Below are positions 16,177 through 26,225 of a DNA stretch of 64,000 nucleotides, piece after piece. Position 1 is the first letter of the stretch; every line of letters begins with the position of its first letter. The DNA is taken from assembly GCA_963805505.1 (NCBI GenBank), contig CAWDUP010000007.1:557618-621617 (forward strand), written 5' to 3'. The stretch comes from an uncultured Actinomycetota bacterium (lineage in GTDB: Bacteria > Actinomycetota > Actinomycetes > DATJPE01). The position numbers and the translations under genes were made by a program. The notes under the pieces are model-generated. The model had not been told where the DNA came from. It searched no databases and was given only the letters and a program-made list of their open reading frames with translations.

Positions 16177-18693
16177 TCAGGATCGAAGGACGGCACCGAC
16201 CAGCCGCTGCGCTTCGGCCACGGCGGCGTCCTTGGCTGCCGATGCCTCCTCGACGGTCAGCGTGCGGTCCGGGGCGCGGAAGCGAAGCGCGTAGGCCATC
16301 GACTTGCGCCCGTCGCCAAGCCGCTCGTCCCGGTAGACGTCGAAGAGCCGCAACGATTCCAGCAAGCCGCCCGCTCCCGCGCGCAGCGCCCCCTCGAGAT
16401 CTGCCGCGGTCACCTCCTCGGCGACAACCAGGGCGACGTCCTCCTTGGCGATCGGGAAGGTGGACAGGGACGGTCCGGTGTCCAGGTCCTCGGCGTAGGC
16501 GGCCAGCGTCGTCAGATCGACCTCGAGTCCGACACTGCGATCGGGCAGACCGAACGCCTCGCACACCTTGGGTGCCAGCTCGCCTGCGTAGCCCACGTGC
16601 AACGGCTCGGTCCCGTCACCCGAGATGTCAACGAGCAGCTCGGCGCAGCGGCCGGGATGCCATGGCGGCCGTTGGGCGCCGCGCACGACCAGTGGTGCGT
16701 CGATCGATGACGCTGCCTGGCGAGCCAGCTCGACAGCGTCGGCCCAGGTGGCAGACCGACCCTCGCCCCACCACCCGGTCGCCTCGAGCTGCCCCGTCAG
16801 GACGGCAGCAACGTGGATGGGCTGGTCGGGCAGTGCAGCGTCGAGCGCTTCGATCTCCTGAGGCGTCGGACGGCGATCGACGGGAGGGCGGGGAGCTGGG
16901 CCAGCGCCCGGTCTGGCGCGGAATGTCCGACCGATCTCGTAGATCGCCAGATCGGTGAAGCCACGGCGGACGTTGCGCTGCGCCACCGGAACCAGGGCCT
17001 GCATCAACCCGGAGCGCAGGTAGGGCTCCTCGTCGGACAGCGGGTTCGCGAGCCTGACGAGCCGGCGCCGCTCGTCATCGTCGGGTATGCCGAGGGCATC
17101 GAGGGTCTGCTCGCCGACGAACGGGTAGCAGCGCACCTCGGTCAACCCTGCTCCAGCGAAGGTACGCGCCACCATGAGCGCGTGGCGCTTGCCGGTGCCC
17201 ACACCTCGCCCAGGTGGCGTAGGGCGAAGCACGGACGGCACGCGGTCGTAGCCCTCGAGACGAATGACCTCTTCGGCCAGGTCGTTGGGGTCGGTGAGGT
17301 CCGGCCGCCACGAGGGCGGCGTGACCTCGACCAGACCCTCGGAAGCTTCGCTGACCGCGCACCCGACGTCCACGAGACGGCGCCGTACGACCTCTGGTGC
17401 GTAATCGACGCCCGCGACCTGGCCGGAGTGCGCCAGGGAGGTGCGGACGGTGATCTGGTCGGCGCGGTCATCCACCTCGCTGACGCCGACGTAGGTCGCT
17501 GTGCCGAGCTCGATGAGCAAAGCGCAGGCGCGGGCGCTTGCGACCGGCGGCAGCTGCGGATCGACCCCACGCTCGAAGCGCCGCGAAGCCTCGGTGGACA
17601 GCTTGTGGCGCTTGGACTGCCGGGCCGCTGTGACCGGCATGAAATGCGCGGCCTCGATGACCAGCTCGGTGCTCGACCCATCGATCTCGGTCGTGGCGCC
17701 GCCCATCGTGCCGGCAATGGCGATCGGGCCGGAGCTGTCGGTGATCAACAGATCGTCGGGGTCGAGTTGGCGGGTCTGGCCGTCCAGGGTGGTCAGGTGC
17801 TCGCCGACAGCCGCTCGGCGGACGACCAGCTCGCCCTGCAGCCGCTTCTCGTCGAAGGCGTGCAGCGGCTGCCCGAGCTCAAGCATGACGTAGTTGGTGA
17901 CGTCGACGGCCAGACTGATCGGTCGCATCCCAGCTAGGTGCAGTCGGGTCTGCAGCCACAGCGGACTGCGTGCGTTCGGGTCGAAACCGCTGACCCGCCG
18001 CAGGACGATCCGGTCTGCGCCAGTCGGGTCAGCGATGGAGACCGGATGGCCGGGTGTTCCGGTGTCGCCGGGAAGTTCGACGTCGGCAGGGTCGTGGAAC
18101 GCGACGCCGTACGCCGTGGCTGCCTCCCTGGCCACGCCACGCATCGACAGGCAGTAGCCGCGGTCGGGAGTGACGGCGATGTCGAGCACGGCGTCTGGCA
18201 GGCCCATCAGCTCGGCTGCGTCGTCGCCGGGCGACACGGTCGCGGCGACGTCGGGCGGGATCACGTAGATGCCTTCGTGGTCGTCGCCCACACCTAGTTC
18301 ACGAACCGAGCAGATCATCCCGTCGCTGAGGTGGCCGTAGGTCTTGCGCGCAGAGACCTCGAAACCTCCGGGCAGCACCCCACCGGCCAGGATGACCACG
18401 ACGAGGTCGCCGACCGCGAAGTTTGGCGCACCGCACACGATCCCTCGGCCCGAATCGTCCACGGGGTTGTGAGCCCCGACATCGACCTGGCACCAGCGGA
18501 TGGTCTTCCCGTTCTTCTGGGGCTCCTCCACAAAATCGAGCACCCTGCCCACGACAAGCGGCCCGGAGACGACGTACTCCTCGACCATCTCGACTTCGAG
18601 TCCTACCCGCGTCAGTCGGTCGGCGATGGCGCGCGGTGTCTCAGTGGCGGGGATGTCGACAAGTGATCGCAGCCACCGCAAGGGGACGCGCAT
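16177..18693 (-). CDS. pheT: Phenylalanine--tRNA ligase beta subunit
   Basis: 838 aa with N-terminal MRVPLRWLRSLVDIP... and the B3/4, tRNA-binding and FDX-ACB domains. The start ATG overlaps the pheS stop by 1 nt. Confidence 0.95.
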   Translation of the reverse strand: MRVPLRWLRSLVDIPATETPRAIADRLTRVGLEVEMVEEYVVSGPLVVGRVLDFVEEPQKNGKTIRWCQVDVGAHNPVDDSGRGIVCGAPNFAVGDLVVVILAGGVLPGGFEVSARKTYGHLSDGMICSVRELGVGDDHEGIYVIPPDVAATVSPGDDAAELMGLPDAVLDIAVTPDRGYCLSMRGVAREAATAYGVAFHDPADVELPGDTGTPGHPVSIADPTGADRIVLRRVSGFDPNARSPLWLQTRLHLAGMRPISLAVDVTNYVMLELGQPLHAFDEKRLQGELVVRRAAVGEHLTTLDGQTRQLDPDDLLITDSSGPIAIAGTMGGATTEIDGSSTELVIEAAHFMPVTAARQSKRHKLSTEASRRFERGVDPQLPPVASARACALLIELGTATYVGVSEVDDRADQITVRTSLAHSGQVAGVDYAPEVVRRRLVDVGCAVSEASEGLVEVTPPSWRPDLTDPNDLAEEVIRLEGYDRVPSVLRPTPPGRGVGTGKRHALMVARTFAGAGLTEVRCYPFVGEQTLDALGIPDDDERRRLVRLANPLSDEEPYLRSGLMQALVPVAQRNVRRGFTDLAIYEIGRTFRARPGAGPAPRPPVDRRPTPQEIEALDAALPDQPIHVAAVLTGQLEATGWWGEGRSATWADAVELARQAASSIDAPLVVRGAQRPPWHPGRCAELLVDISGDGTEPLHVGYAGELAPKVCEAFGLPDRSVGLEVDLTTLAAYAEDLDTGPSLSTFPIAKEDVALVVAEEVTAADLEGALRAGAGGLLESLRLFDVYRDERLGDGRKSMAYALRFRAPDRTLTVEEASAAKDAAVAEAQRLVGAVLRS

Positions 18694-19802
18694 CAGACCT
18701 CCATGCCGAAAGCCTGGGTGAACCGGATGTCACCCTCGACCATGTCGCGCATGTCGCGGACATCGTTGCGGAACATCAGGGTTCGCTCGATGCCCATACC
18801 GAAGGCGAAGCCGCTGTAACGCTCAGGGTCGATGCCGCAGGCGATGAGCACCCGGGGGTTCACGACGCCGCAGCCACCCCACTCGATCCAGCCCTCGCTG
18901 GAGCAGGTACGGCACGGATTGTCCGGATCGCCCACCGACTCCCCTCGGCAGACGAAGCACTGCAGGTCGACCTCGGCGCTCGGCTCGGTGAACGGGAAGT
19001 ACGAGGGACGGAGGCGCGTCCGGATGTTGTCGCCGAACATGGCCCCGGCGAAGTGGTCGAGGGTGCCCTTGAGATCGGCCAGCGTGATGCCTTCGTCGAC
19101 CACGAGACCTTCCACCTGACCGAAAACCGGCGTGTGCGTGGCATCGAGCTCGTCGGTGCGATAGACCCGGCCCGGGCAAACCACGTAGATCGGTGGGTCC
19201 TGGGCCAGCATCGTGCGGATCTGCACTGGGGAGGTCTGGGTGCGCAGGACCAGACCATTCTCGGGTGGGTCGATGAAGAAGGTGTCCTGCATGCTGCGGG
19301 CCGGGTGGTCGGGCGGCATGTTGAGTGCGTCGAAGTTGAACCACTCGGCTTCCACCTCGGGACCGTCTGCGATCTCGTAGCCCATGGCCACGAAGACCTC
19401 ACCGATGCGCTCCATCAAGGTGGTGAGGGGATGCCGGGCGCCCTGGGGCCGGCGGTCATAGGGCAGCGTGACGTCGACCGCTTCTTGAACGAGAACGCGC
19501 GCGTCACGCTCTTCCTCCAGGGCCGACTGGCGGGCTTCGAGCGCCGCCCGTAGGGCCTGCCGGGCCTCGCCCACCCGTCTTCCGGCCTCGGCCTTGGCCT
19601 GTGGGGGCAGCGCGCCGATCTCCCGGTTGGCCAGCGCGAGCGGGCTGCGGTCGCCGGCGTGCGCCAACCGGGCAGCCTTGAGCTGCTCGAGGTCGACAGC
19701 ACTCGCAATCGCCGCGAGCCCCTCGTCCCGGGCGCGAGCCACCTCGTCAGGGTGCAGCGGGGTGACCTCAACCGGGTCGAAACTGCTGTTGGGAGCGGAC
19801 AC
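18693..19802 (-). CDS. pheS: Phenylalanine--tRNA ligase alpha subunit
   Basis: 369 aa with class II motifs (...FPFTEPSAEVDL..., ...GWIEWGGCGVVNPRVL...). Confidence 0.95.
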   Translation of the reverse strand: MSAPNSSFDPVEVTPLHPDEVARARDEGLAAIASAVDLEQLKAARLAHAGDRSPLALANREIGALPPQAKAEAGRRVGEARQALRAALEARQSALEEERDARVLVQEAVDVTLPYDRRPQGARHPLTTLMERIGEVFVAMGYEIADGPEVEAEWFNFDALNMPPDHPARSMQDTFFIDPPENGLVLRTQTSPVQIRTMLAQDPPIYVVCPGRVYRTDELDATHTPVFGQVEGLVVDEGITLADLKGTLDHFAGAMFGDNIRTRLRPSYFPFTEPSAEVDLQCFVCRGESVGDPDNPCRTCSSEGWIEWGGCGVVNPRVLIACGIDPERYSGFAFGMGIERTLMFRNDVRDMRDMVEGDIRFTQAFGMEV

Positions 19803-19919
19803 AACTGCGAACTCTACTGAGAGTCCCTGGCATTCTCCGACCCGGTTTCTCGCCGCGACGGCACATGCCCCGAATGGAGGCGGTCGAGCCCCCCGGCCTG
19901 CAGCACCGGCCGCCGCGGC

Positions 19920-20678
19920 TCATGCCTCGGACATGACCTCCGGCGCGGCGGGTCCGAGGTCGGCAGCCGCCCGCTCGGCAAGGATGCGCTCCACCTCGTC
20001 GAGCTCGTGCTGGGGCACCGGAGGACTCTCCACTCGCGAGACGCCGTTGTGAGCCGTGATGTATTTCTCCAGCTCCGGTCCGGACTCCCAGGACGTGATG
20101 AGGCAGTAGCGCGGCGTCGTACCCGGGTGGTAGACGGCGTGGTAGAGCCGCTGGGTGTCGACGATGAGCTGCGCACCCGCCGCCAGGGGGATCCTCGATT
20201 CGGTGGACGGATCATCCTTGACCTCGCGCAGCACCATCACCGAGTCCGGGTCGTCGGTCAGGTTGAAGAAGCCGCGCACGATCCATCCGGTGCCGTCCGG
20301 GTTGAGACGGTTGTTGTCGTCGATGTGCAAGTTGCGCGTGACCGTCTCGGCATAGGTGTTGGGCTGCAGCTCGATGACCCGGCAGCGACCGATGTTGGCG
20401 CCAGGCTCCTGCGCGCGGGCTTTCAACCGGGGAGCCTTTGCGACGTTCTCCTCGACCCAGACGCCGTCCTTGTCGGTCTTGGGCGGGTCGTGGTGCCAGA
20501 AGCCGTTGCACTCCATGTCCCCGTAGGCGCTGGCCAACGGTGCGAAACGTGTGTCGCCGGAGGACTTCCAGTCCACGAAGTGGAGATCGTTCCACTCGGC
20601 CGGATCCTGGCTCTGGTCGTAGGGGTCAAGGACGACGTAGCCGGTCTCCTCGAACTGCTCCAGCTTGGTGTAGCCCAC
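19920..20678 (-). CDS. Putative Fe(II)/2-oxoglutarate-dependent oxygenase / cupin-like hypothetical protein
   Basis: The start is reassigned to the GTG at 20676-20678, preceded by AGGAGG 6 nt upstream (252 aa). It contains a candidate HxD...H metal triad (NLHIDDNN ... YHAVYHPG). No closer assignment is possible without a search. Confidence 0.55.
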   Translation of the reverse strand: MGYTKLEQFEETGYVVLDPYDQSQDPAEWNDLHFVDWKSSGDTRFAPLASAYGDMECNGFWHHDPPKTDKDGVWVEENVAKAPRLKARAQEPGANIGRCRVIELQPNTYAETVTRNLHIDDNNRLNPDGTGWIVRGFFNLTDDPDSVMVLREVKDDPSTESRIPLAAGAQLIVDTQRLYHAVYHPGTTPRYCLITSWESGPELEKYITAHNGVSRVESPPVPQHELDEVERILAERAAADLGPAAPEVMSEA

Positions 20679-20772
20679 GGGGTTCCTCCTCGGGTGTACG
20701 GCTTCGCTCAATGGTGCCGCGACGCCGCCGCCGCGCCAAACCGGACGCGCGGGTAGGTCCGTAGGCACCGGC

Positions 20773-21612
20773 CTATCGGAGGGCTCGGGCGGACGCGTAG
20801 AGACAGACCGCCGCGGCGGTGGCCAGATTCAGCGACTCGGCACGGCCGTAGATGGGGACTCGCACGACCGCGTCGCACAGGGCCAAGGTCGAGTCGGGCA
20901 GGCCCCACGCCTCGTTCCCGAAGACCCAGGCGGTTGGCACGGCCAACGCGCCGCCGTCGATCTCCGCATCGAGGTCACGATCGCCCGCGCCATCGGCAGC
21001 GATGACCCGCAGCCCGGCCGCTCGCAGTCCGCCGATCCCTTCCTCGATCGGCACCCCGACGGCAAGCGGCAGGTGGAACAGCGACCCCGCGCTGGCCCGG
21101 ACGCACTTGCCGTTGTAGGGATCCACCGATGCTTCGCTGAGAACCACGCCATCGGCCCCAGCCGCATCCGCCACCCGCACCACGGTGCCGGCATTGCCGG
21201 GGTCGCGCACGTGGGCCAGGAACGCCACCAGCGAGGCCGTACGTCTCCCCTGGTCGCCGTTCGAGGCCAGCAGCTCCTCGAGGGTTACGTCGAGGAAGCC
21301 GCAGACGGCCACAACACCTTGCGGTGTGACCGTCTGGGTCAGCTCAGCGAGCACCTCCGCGCCGATCAGGTCGACGTTGAGCCCCACCGCCCGCGCGGCG
21401 GCCAGGAGTTCCGGGTGGCGCGAACCGGCGTCACCGGTCACGTAGATCCGGTGCACGAGCCCGGGATGGTCGCCAGCGGCAGCCACCGCCTCACGAACCG
21501 CCTGCGGGCCCTCGACGAGGAACGCGCGGTCTTGGCTGCGGAAGGAGCGCTTCAACAACCGGCGGGCCGCCGTCACCCGCTTGTTGCGCGGGGACAGCGG
21601 CCCGTCGGTCAT
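20773..21612 (-). CDS. TrmH/SpoU-family rRNA 2'-O-methyltransferase (TsnR/RlmB-like)
   Basis: 279 aa with SPOUT motifs (...VLSEASVDPYNGKCVRASAGSLFHLP... FGNEAWGLPD... VRVPIYGRAESLNLATAAAV). Its position between pheS and rplT matches tsnR of mycobacteria. Confidence 0.85.
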   Translation of the reverse strand: MTDGPLSPRNKRVTAARRLLKRSFRSQDRAFLVEGPQAVREAVAAAGDHPGLVHRIYVTGDAGSRHPELLAAARAVGLNVDLIGAEVLAELTQTVTPQGVVAVCGFLDVTLEELLASNGDQGRRTASLVAFLAHVRDPGNAGTVVRVADAAGADGVVLSEASVDPYNGKCVRASAGSLFHLPLAVGVPIEEGIGGLRAAGLRVIAADGAGDRDLDAEIDGGALAVPTAWVFGNEAWGLPDSTLALCDAVVRVPIYGRAESLNLATAAAVCLYASARALR

Positions 21613-21672
21613 GAGTGGTGCCTGCTCTGGACGCTCACTGGCGCCTCGGCGGTCTGGGCTGCCTGAGTCGGG

Positions 21673-22053
21673 TCAGGCAGCCGGAGCGTTGCGGTCAGCC
21701 GGGAGGGCGGCCTTGGCCACCTCGACCAACGCGGTGAAGGCGGCCGGGTCATTGACCGCGAGCTCGGCCAGCATCCGGCGGTCGACCTCCACATCGGCGG
21801 CTTTGAGGCCCTGGATCAGTCGGTTGTAGGTGAGGCCGTTCGCGCGGGACGCGGCGTTGATCCGCTGGATCCAGAGCTGGCGGAAGTCACCCTTGCGCTT
21901 CTTGCGGTCGCCGTAGGAGTAGACGAGGGAATGGGTGACCTGCTCCTTGGCCTTGCGATACAGCCGTGAGCGCTGACCGCGGTAGCCGCTGGCCCGCTCG
22001 AGGACGACCCTGCGCTTCTTGTGGGCGTTGACCGCCCGCTTGACGCGTGCCAT
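21673..22053 (-). CDS. rplT: 50S ribosomal protein L20
   Basis: 126 aa, [38 protein letters not shown]... The ORF-track N-terminal extension is spurious. Confidence 0.95.
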   Translation of the reverse strand: MARVKRAVNAHKKRRVVLERASGYRGQRSRLYRKAKEQVTHSLVYSYGDRKKRKGDFRQLWIQRINAASRANGLTYNRLIQGLKAADVEVDRRMLAELAVNDPAAFTALVEVAKAALPADRNAPAA

Positions 22054-22087
22054 GACAAAACTCCTGGAGGAAGAAGGGGGACGAGGG

Positions 22088-22282
22088 TCAGATGCCGAGA
22101 AGGCGCTTGATGCGCTTGGCGTCGGCCGGTGAAACATCGACGTCCGCGGCGAGGCGGCGAGTGCGGCGGCTGGACTTGTGCTCAAGGTAGTGCCGAGCGT
22201 TGGTCTGCTCGCGCTTGAGCTTGCCCGATCCGGTCACCCGGAAGCGCTTCTTGGACCCGCTGTGGGTCTTGTTCTTCGGCAT
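22088..22282 (-). CDS. rpmI: 50S ribosomal protein L35
   Basis: 64 aa, [26 protein letters not shown]... Confidence 0.95.
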   Translation of the reverse strand: MPKNKTHSGSKKRFRVTGSGKLKREQTNARHYLEHKSSRRTRRLAADVDVSPADAKRIKRLLGI

Positions 22283-22303
22283 GGCGCCTGATCGTCCTTC
22301 CGG

Positions 22304-22981
22304 TCAGGCCTGGACGGCTGAGCCGTCGCTGGCCTCGTTGTCTGCTGCCTGGTCTGTTGGTTGGCCTGTCGGCTGGGTCTGGCTCGAACGGTCGTTCTCG
22401 CTGGTTGGCGGTACGGCGGCGCTGCGGCGCGCTGCCTTCTCGGCTTTGGCTTCAGCCATCGCCTCCGCCTTCTTCTTGTATGGCCCCAGCACCATGATCA
22501 TGTTGCGGCCGTCCTGCTTTGGTGCGAACTCGACGAACCCGAGCTCTTGAACGTCTTCTGCTAGTCGCTGCAGCAACCGGAAGCCCAGCTCGGGACGGCT
22601 CTGCTCACGACCACGGAACATGATCGTGATCTTGACCTTGTCCCCTGCCTTGAGGAATCGCACGACGTGACCCTTCTTGGTCTCGTAGTCGTGCGGGTCG
22701 ATCTTGGGCCGGAGCTTCATCTCCTTGATGACGGTGTTGACCTGGTTCTTGCGCGACTCTCGGGCCTTCTGCGCGTTCTCGTACTTGAACTTGCCGTAGT
22801 CCATGAGCTTGCAGACCGGCGGGCGCTCCATGGGAGCCACCTCGACGAGGTCGAGGTCACTCTCCTGCGCCAGCCTGAGGGCATCCTCGATGCGGACGAT
22901 GCCGACCTGTTCGCCGTTCGGACCGACCAGCCGCACGTCAGGCACGCGGATTCGGTCGTTGATACGGGGTTCGACGCTGAT
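22304..22981 (-). CDS. infC: Translation initiation factor IF-3, with an Ala/Lys/Gln-rich C-terminal tail
   Basis: Conserved ...[23 protein letters not shown]...[26 protein letters not shown]... The predicted start is the non-canonical ATC at 22979-22981 with GAGGAGG 4 nt upstream. The ORF-track ATG at 23062 adds a non-conserved extension. Confidence 0.8.
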   Translation of the reverse strand: MSVEPRINDRIRVPDVRLVGPNGEQVGIVRIEDALRLAQESDLDLVEVAPMERPPVCKLMDYGKFKYENAQKARESRKNQVNTVIKEMKLRPKIDPHDYETKKGHVVRFLKAGDKVKITIMFRGREQSRPELGFRLLQRLAEDVQELGFVEFAPKQDGRNMIMVLGPYKKKAEAMAEAKAEKAARRSAAVPPTSENDRSSQTQPTGQPTDQAADNEASDGSAVQA

Positions 22982-23277
22982 GGGGCCTCCTCGGTCGTGG
23001 TGCGTGGGCTCGACCCCCAGGCACGGGAAAGGCCCCCGTTCCTGGCGCTCGCGGGGGCCCACTCGACCGGTTGCTCGACTCGAGTGCCAAGCACTCGAGC
23101 GTCACACCATCAACACCCGGAGGTGATGACCGGACCGGACCCGACAACCTTGGATTGAGCGTGCGGCTGGCGGGTGGGAGTTGGCCTCCACTTGCAGACC
23201 CGGTCCTGCGCGAACAAGACCGAGTCGGTCATCGGCCAGCGTACGGCAGTGAGCAACGGCGATCAAACCGCCACGGG

Positions 23278-24111
23278 TCAGGCGCCCATGGCCTCCTCGA
23301 CCGTTTCCTCGTCAGCCCCGAGATCTTTTCCGACGAAGGTGTAGATGATCGCGCCGATGATCCCGCCGAGGATCGGCGCCAGCCAGAACAGCCACAGCTG
23401 GGCCAGCGCCCAACCGTCACCGCCGACCGCCAGCGCCAAGGCCGGCCCCGTCGACCGCGCCGGGTTCACCGACGTGTTGGTCACCGGGATGCTGATCAGG
23501 TGGATGAGGGTCAGGGTGAGCCCGATGGCCAGCGCCGCGAAGCCGGGGGCAGCGAGCTTCTCGGTGACTCCCATGATGACGATCAAGAAGACCGCGGTCA
23601 GGATCACCTCGACGATCAGGCAGGCGATCAACGCGAAGTGTCCTGGTGAATGATCGCCGAAACCGTTCGCCGCGAATCCACCCGCGGTTAGCGTGTCTTG
23701 TGTGGTCCCTTCTCGGTTGATCGCCACCAGCCACAACGTGGCGGAGGCGGCGATGGCCGCCACCACCTGCACCACGATGTAGGGAAGAACGTCCTTCCAG
23801 GCGAACCGCTTCGCCGACGCAAGCCCGATGGTGATCGCCGGGTTGAAGTGACCGCCGGAGATCGGACCGAGGGCGTACGCACCCGCGACGACGGTCAATC
23901 CGAAGGCGAAAGACACCCCGAGGAAGCCGATGCCCAGGCCCGTGGCCTCCGAGCTCACCGGGTCGACGTACTGCGCGGCGAGCACGGCCGCACCGGTGCC
24001 GCCGAACACCAGGACGAAGGTCCCGAGGAACTCTGCGCCAAGTCTCGATCGCATGGACATGTCGTCCTCCGCTGCAACTGTATCCTCCGGCGAGGGATTC
24101 GCCGTGGACAT
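23278..24111 (-). CDS. aqpZ: Aquaporin Z (MIP family water channel)
   Basis: Two NPA motifs ([18 protein letters not shown]) and six TM helices. Alternative start at 24063 ([15 protein letters not shown]). Confidence 0.9.
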   Translation of the reverse strand: MSTANPSPEDTVAAEDDMSMRSRLGAEFLGTFVLVFGGTGAAVLAAQYVDPVSSEATGLGIGFLGVSFAFGLTVVAGAYALGPISGGHFNPAITIGLASAKRFAWKDVLPYIVVQVVAAIAASATLWLVAINREGTTQDTLTAGGFAANGFGDHSPGHFALIACLIVEVILTAVFLIVIMGVTEKLAAPGFAALAIGLTLTLIHLISIPVTNTSVNPARSTGPALALAVGGDGWALAQLWLFWLAPILGGIIGAIIYTFVGKDLGADEETVEEAMGA

Positions 24112-24207
24112 GATGACGAGTCAGCAGCGCTCCCGCGACCTCAACAGACCTACGGCGTGTCGCGCCGGGTCCACCCGCTGCAACCCCGCGGCCATCCTCG
24201 AACGAAG

Positions 24208-25029
24208 TCAGCCAGATCGCTCCACCACGACGTCGATGCCGCGACCCAGCCGGCCACGCATGACCGGATCTGCGCACAGCACCTTGCTGAACGTCCGGCC
24301 CGCCTCACCTGCCGCGGCATCGTCGAAGGAGTCCTCGATCCTCAACCGGACCACCAGATCAACCCCGGTGCCCTCAGGAGAAGGGGACCGGGGAGCTTCG
24401 GCGACCTCGACATGGTGCGGCTCAAGGCCGGCCGCGGCAGCAGCGCGGTCAAGAGCTCGTCGTAGCTCTCGGTCGCTTGCGGGTCGGTCGGCGGGCCGAG
24501 ATTCCGCGAGCGCCAGCAGGTCCGGTCCCTCGATGACGGCGCGACATGGGCCAGCGGGGTCGATCAGCAAGGCTTCAGCGCCCTCGTCAAAAGCCGCCCG
24601 AGCCGCCAGCACCCCCTTGACTGGTACCGGCCGGGCATCGGTGGACCACGCAGCCAACGCTGCGACGGACGAAAACACGGGGAGCGCAAGGCGCCCGCTC
24701 GGCGCGCGCACCGTCACGACGGCCATGTCCGCTTCCTTGTCACCCGCGGTCGCCGTGGGCTGGTCTCCGCCGCCCGACCCGTCGAGCACCGCAACCACCG
24801 CTGCGAAAACCCGGCATCCCAGCAGCGCCTCCACGATGCCGTGCGAATCACCGGCGGACAGGGCCACAGCCAGCTCCGGCGGGGTCGTACCCGGATCGGT
24901 GGGAAATGCAGGCGCAGACAAGGTGCGGCCCTCGAACGTCCCGGACTCAACGGCCATGCTCGCAAGGCTAACCGGGCTCGCTCGCAGGCTAGTCTCGCCA
25001 GGTGAGTGACGAGCCGGGCGAACAACCAC
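24208..25029 (-). CDS. SseB-family hypothetical protein
   Basis: 273 aa, Ala/Gly-rich, ...AVALSAGDSHGIVEALLGCRVFAAVVAVLDG...LALPVFSSVAALAAW... The true start is possibly at 24957 (MAVESG...). It is divergent from the MFS gene. Confidence 0.5.
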   Translation of the reverse strand: MVVRPARHSPGETSLRASPVSLASMAVESGTFEGRTLSAPAFPTDPGTTPPELAVALSAGDSHGIVEALLGCRVFAAVVAVLDGSGGGDQPTATAGDKEADMAVVTVRAPSGRLALPVFSSVAALAAWSTDARPVPVKGVLAARAAFDEGAEALLIDPAGPCRAVIEGPDLLALAESRPADRPASDRELRRALDRAAAAAGLEPHHVEVAEAPRSPSPEGTGVDLVVRLRIEDSFDDAAAGEAGRTFSKVLCADPVMRGRLGRGIDVVVERSG

Positions 25030-26225
25030 TCACCAAGCCACCAGACTCCGGGTTACGAGTCCCGGCGAACGGCCCCTCCACAGCGTTGCTCGTGGCCGGG
25101 GTGGTCGCAGTCGCCGTGAACCTGCGGGCGCCCATCACGTCGGTGCCGGCGCTCATCGCCACCATCCAAGACGACCTCGGCCTGTCAGGGGCGGCGGCTG
25201 GCGCGCTGACCACTCTCCCGCTGGTGTGCATGGGCGTGTTCGCACCACCAGCTGGCCGATTGGCCGCCCGGATCGGTCGAGAGACCGCGATCACGGTGGC
25301 ACTGGGTTGCATCCTGGTGGGGCTGCTGCTGCGGCTGGCCGGCTCGGTGATCCCGCTTCTCTACCTCAGCGTGATCATCGCCGGCGCCGGGATAGCCATC
25401 GGCGGCACGGTCCTGCCCGGCATCGTCAAGGAGTTCTTCGCAGCGCGAGCCGGCACCATGACCGGGGTCTACATGGCCTCGATGATGCTCGGAGCCACGA
25501 TCGCCGCCGCCCTCGCCGTCCCCCTGGCCGATGCCTTCGGCTCCTGGGAGAAGTCGCTGGCGTCGTGGTCGGTGCTCGCCACGATCGGGCTCGCGGTGTG
25601 GATCAATGTCCAACGCCGGGTGCCGGAGCACAAGGCGTCGCCCAGCCACGTACGGCTCCCGTGGCGCGATCGGACCGCGTGGATCGTCGCGGCCTATCTG
25701 AGCCTGAATTCCTTCGTGTTCTACAGCCTCCTCGCGTGGCTGGCGCCGCTGTTCGAGGACCGCGGCGTCTCGGCCACCGAAGCCGGGCTGCTGCTGGCGA
25801 CGCTCAACCTGGTCCAACTGGCCGCTGCCCTCACGGTTCCCGCGATCGCCGACCTGCGCGCCGATCGGCGACCCGTGTTCGGCGTGGTGGTCGCAGCGAC
25901 AGCCGTGGGGCTGGCGTGGCTGGCGTTGGCCCCTGACTTCGGTTCGTTCGTCCTGGTCGGCCTGCTCGGCTTCGGGCTGGGGGCCGGCTTCACCCTGGGG
26001 CTGGTCCTGCTGGTGGACTACGCGCCTGATCCGGCCGCTTCGGCCAGGTTGTCTGCTCTCGCGTTCTTGGTGTCCTACCTCGTGGCTGCCCTTGGACCAC
26101 TGATCTCAGGAGTCCTGCGCGACAGCACCGATGGCTTCGGCGCCATGGAGGTGCTGCTCCTCGTGGTCGGGGTCACCCAGCTGCTGCTGGTGCCTGCGCT
26201 GCGGCCGGGACGGCTGGTCCATTGA
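25002..26225 (+). CDS. MFS transporter (CynX/NimT-like)
   Basis: 407 aa with 12 predicted TM helices and the loop motif GRLAARIGRE. Its stop overlaps the next gene's start (ATGA). Confidence 0.8.
   Translation: MSDEPGEQPLTKPPDSGLRVPANGPSTALLVAGVVAVAVNLRAPITSVPALIATIQDDLGLSGAAAGALTTLPLVCMGVFAPPAGRLAARIGRETAITVALGCILVGLLLRLAGSVIPLLYLSVIIAGAGIAIGGTVLPGIVKEFFAARAGTMTGVYMASMMLGATIAAALAVPLADAFGSWEKSLASWSVLATIGLAVWINVQRRVPEHKASPSHVRLPWRDRTAWIVAAYLSLNSFVFYSLLAWLAPLFEDRGVSATEAGLLLATLNLVQLAAALTVPAIADLRADRRPVFGVVVAATAVGLAWLALAPDFGSFVLVGLLGFGLGAGFTLGLVLLVDYAPDPAASARLSALAFLVSYLVAALGPLISGVLRDSTDGFGAMEVLLLVVGVTQLLLVPALRPGRLVH

Noticed and set aside
19803-19919. Possible Phe-rich leader peptide/attenuator upstream of pheS
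   Set aside because: The small ORFs in the leader contain no Phe codon runs, and no terminator/antiterminator pair is evident.
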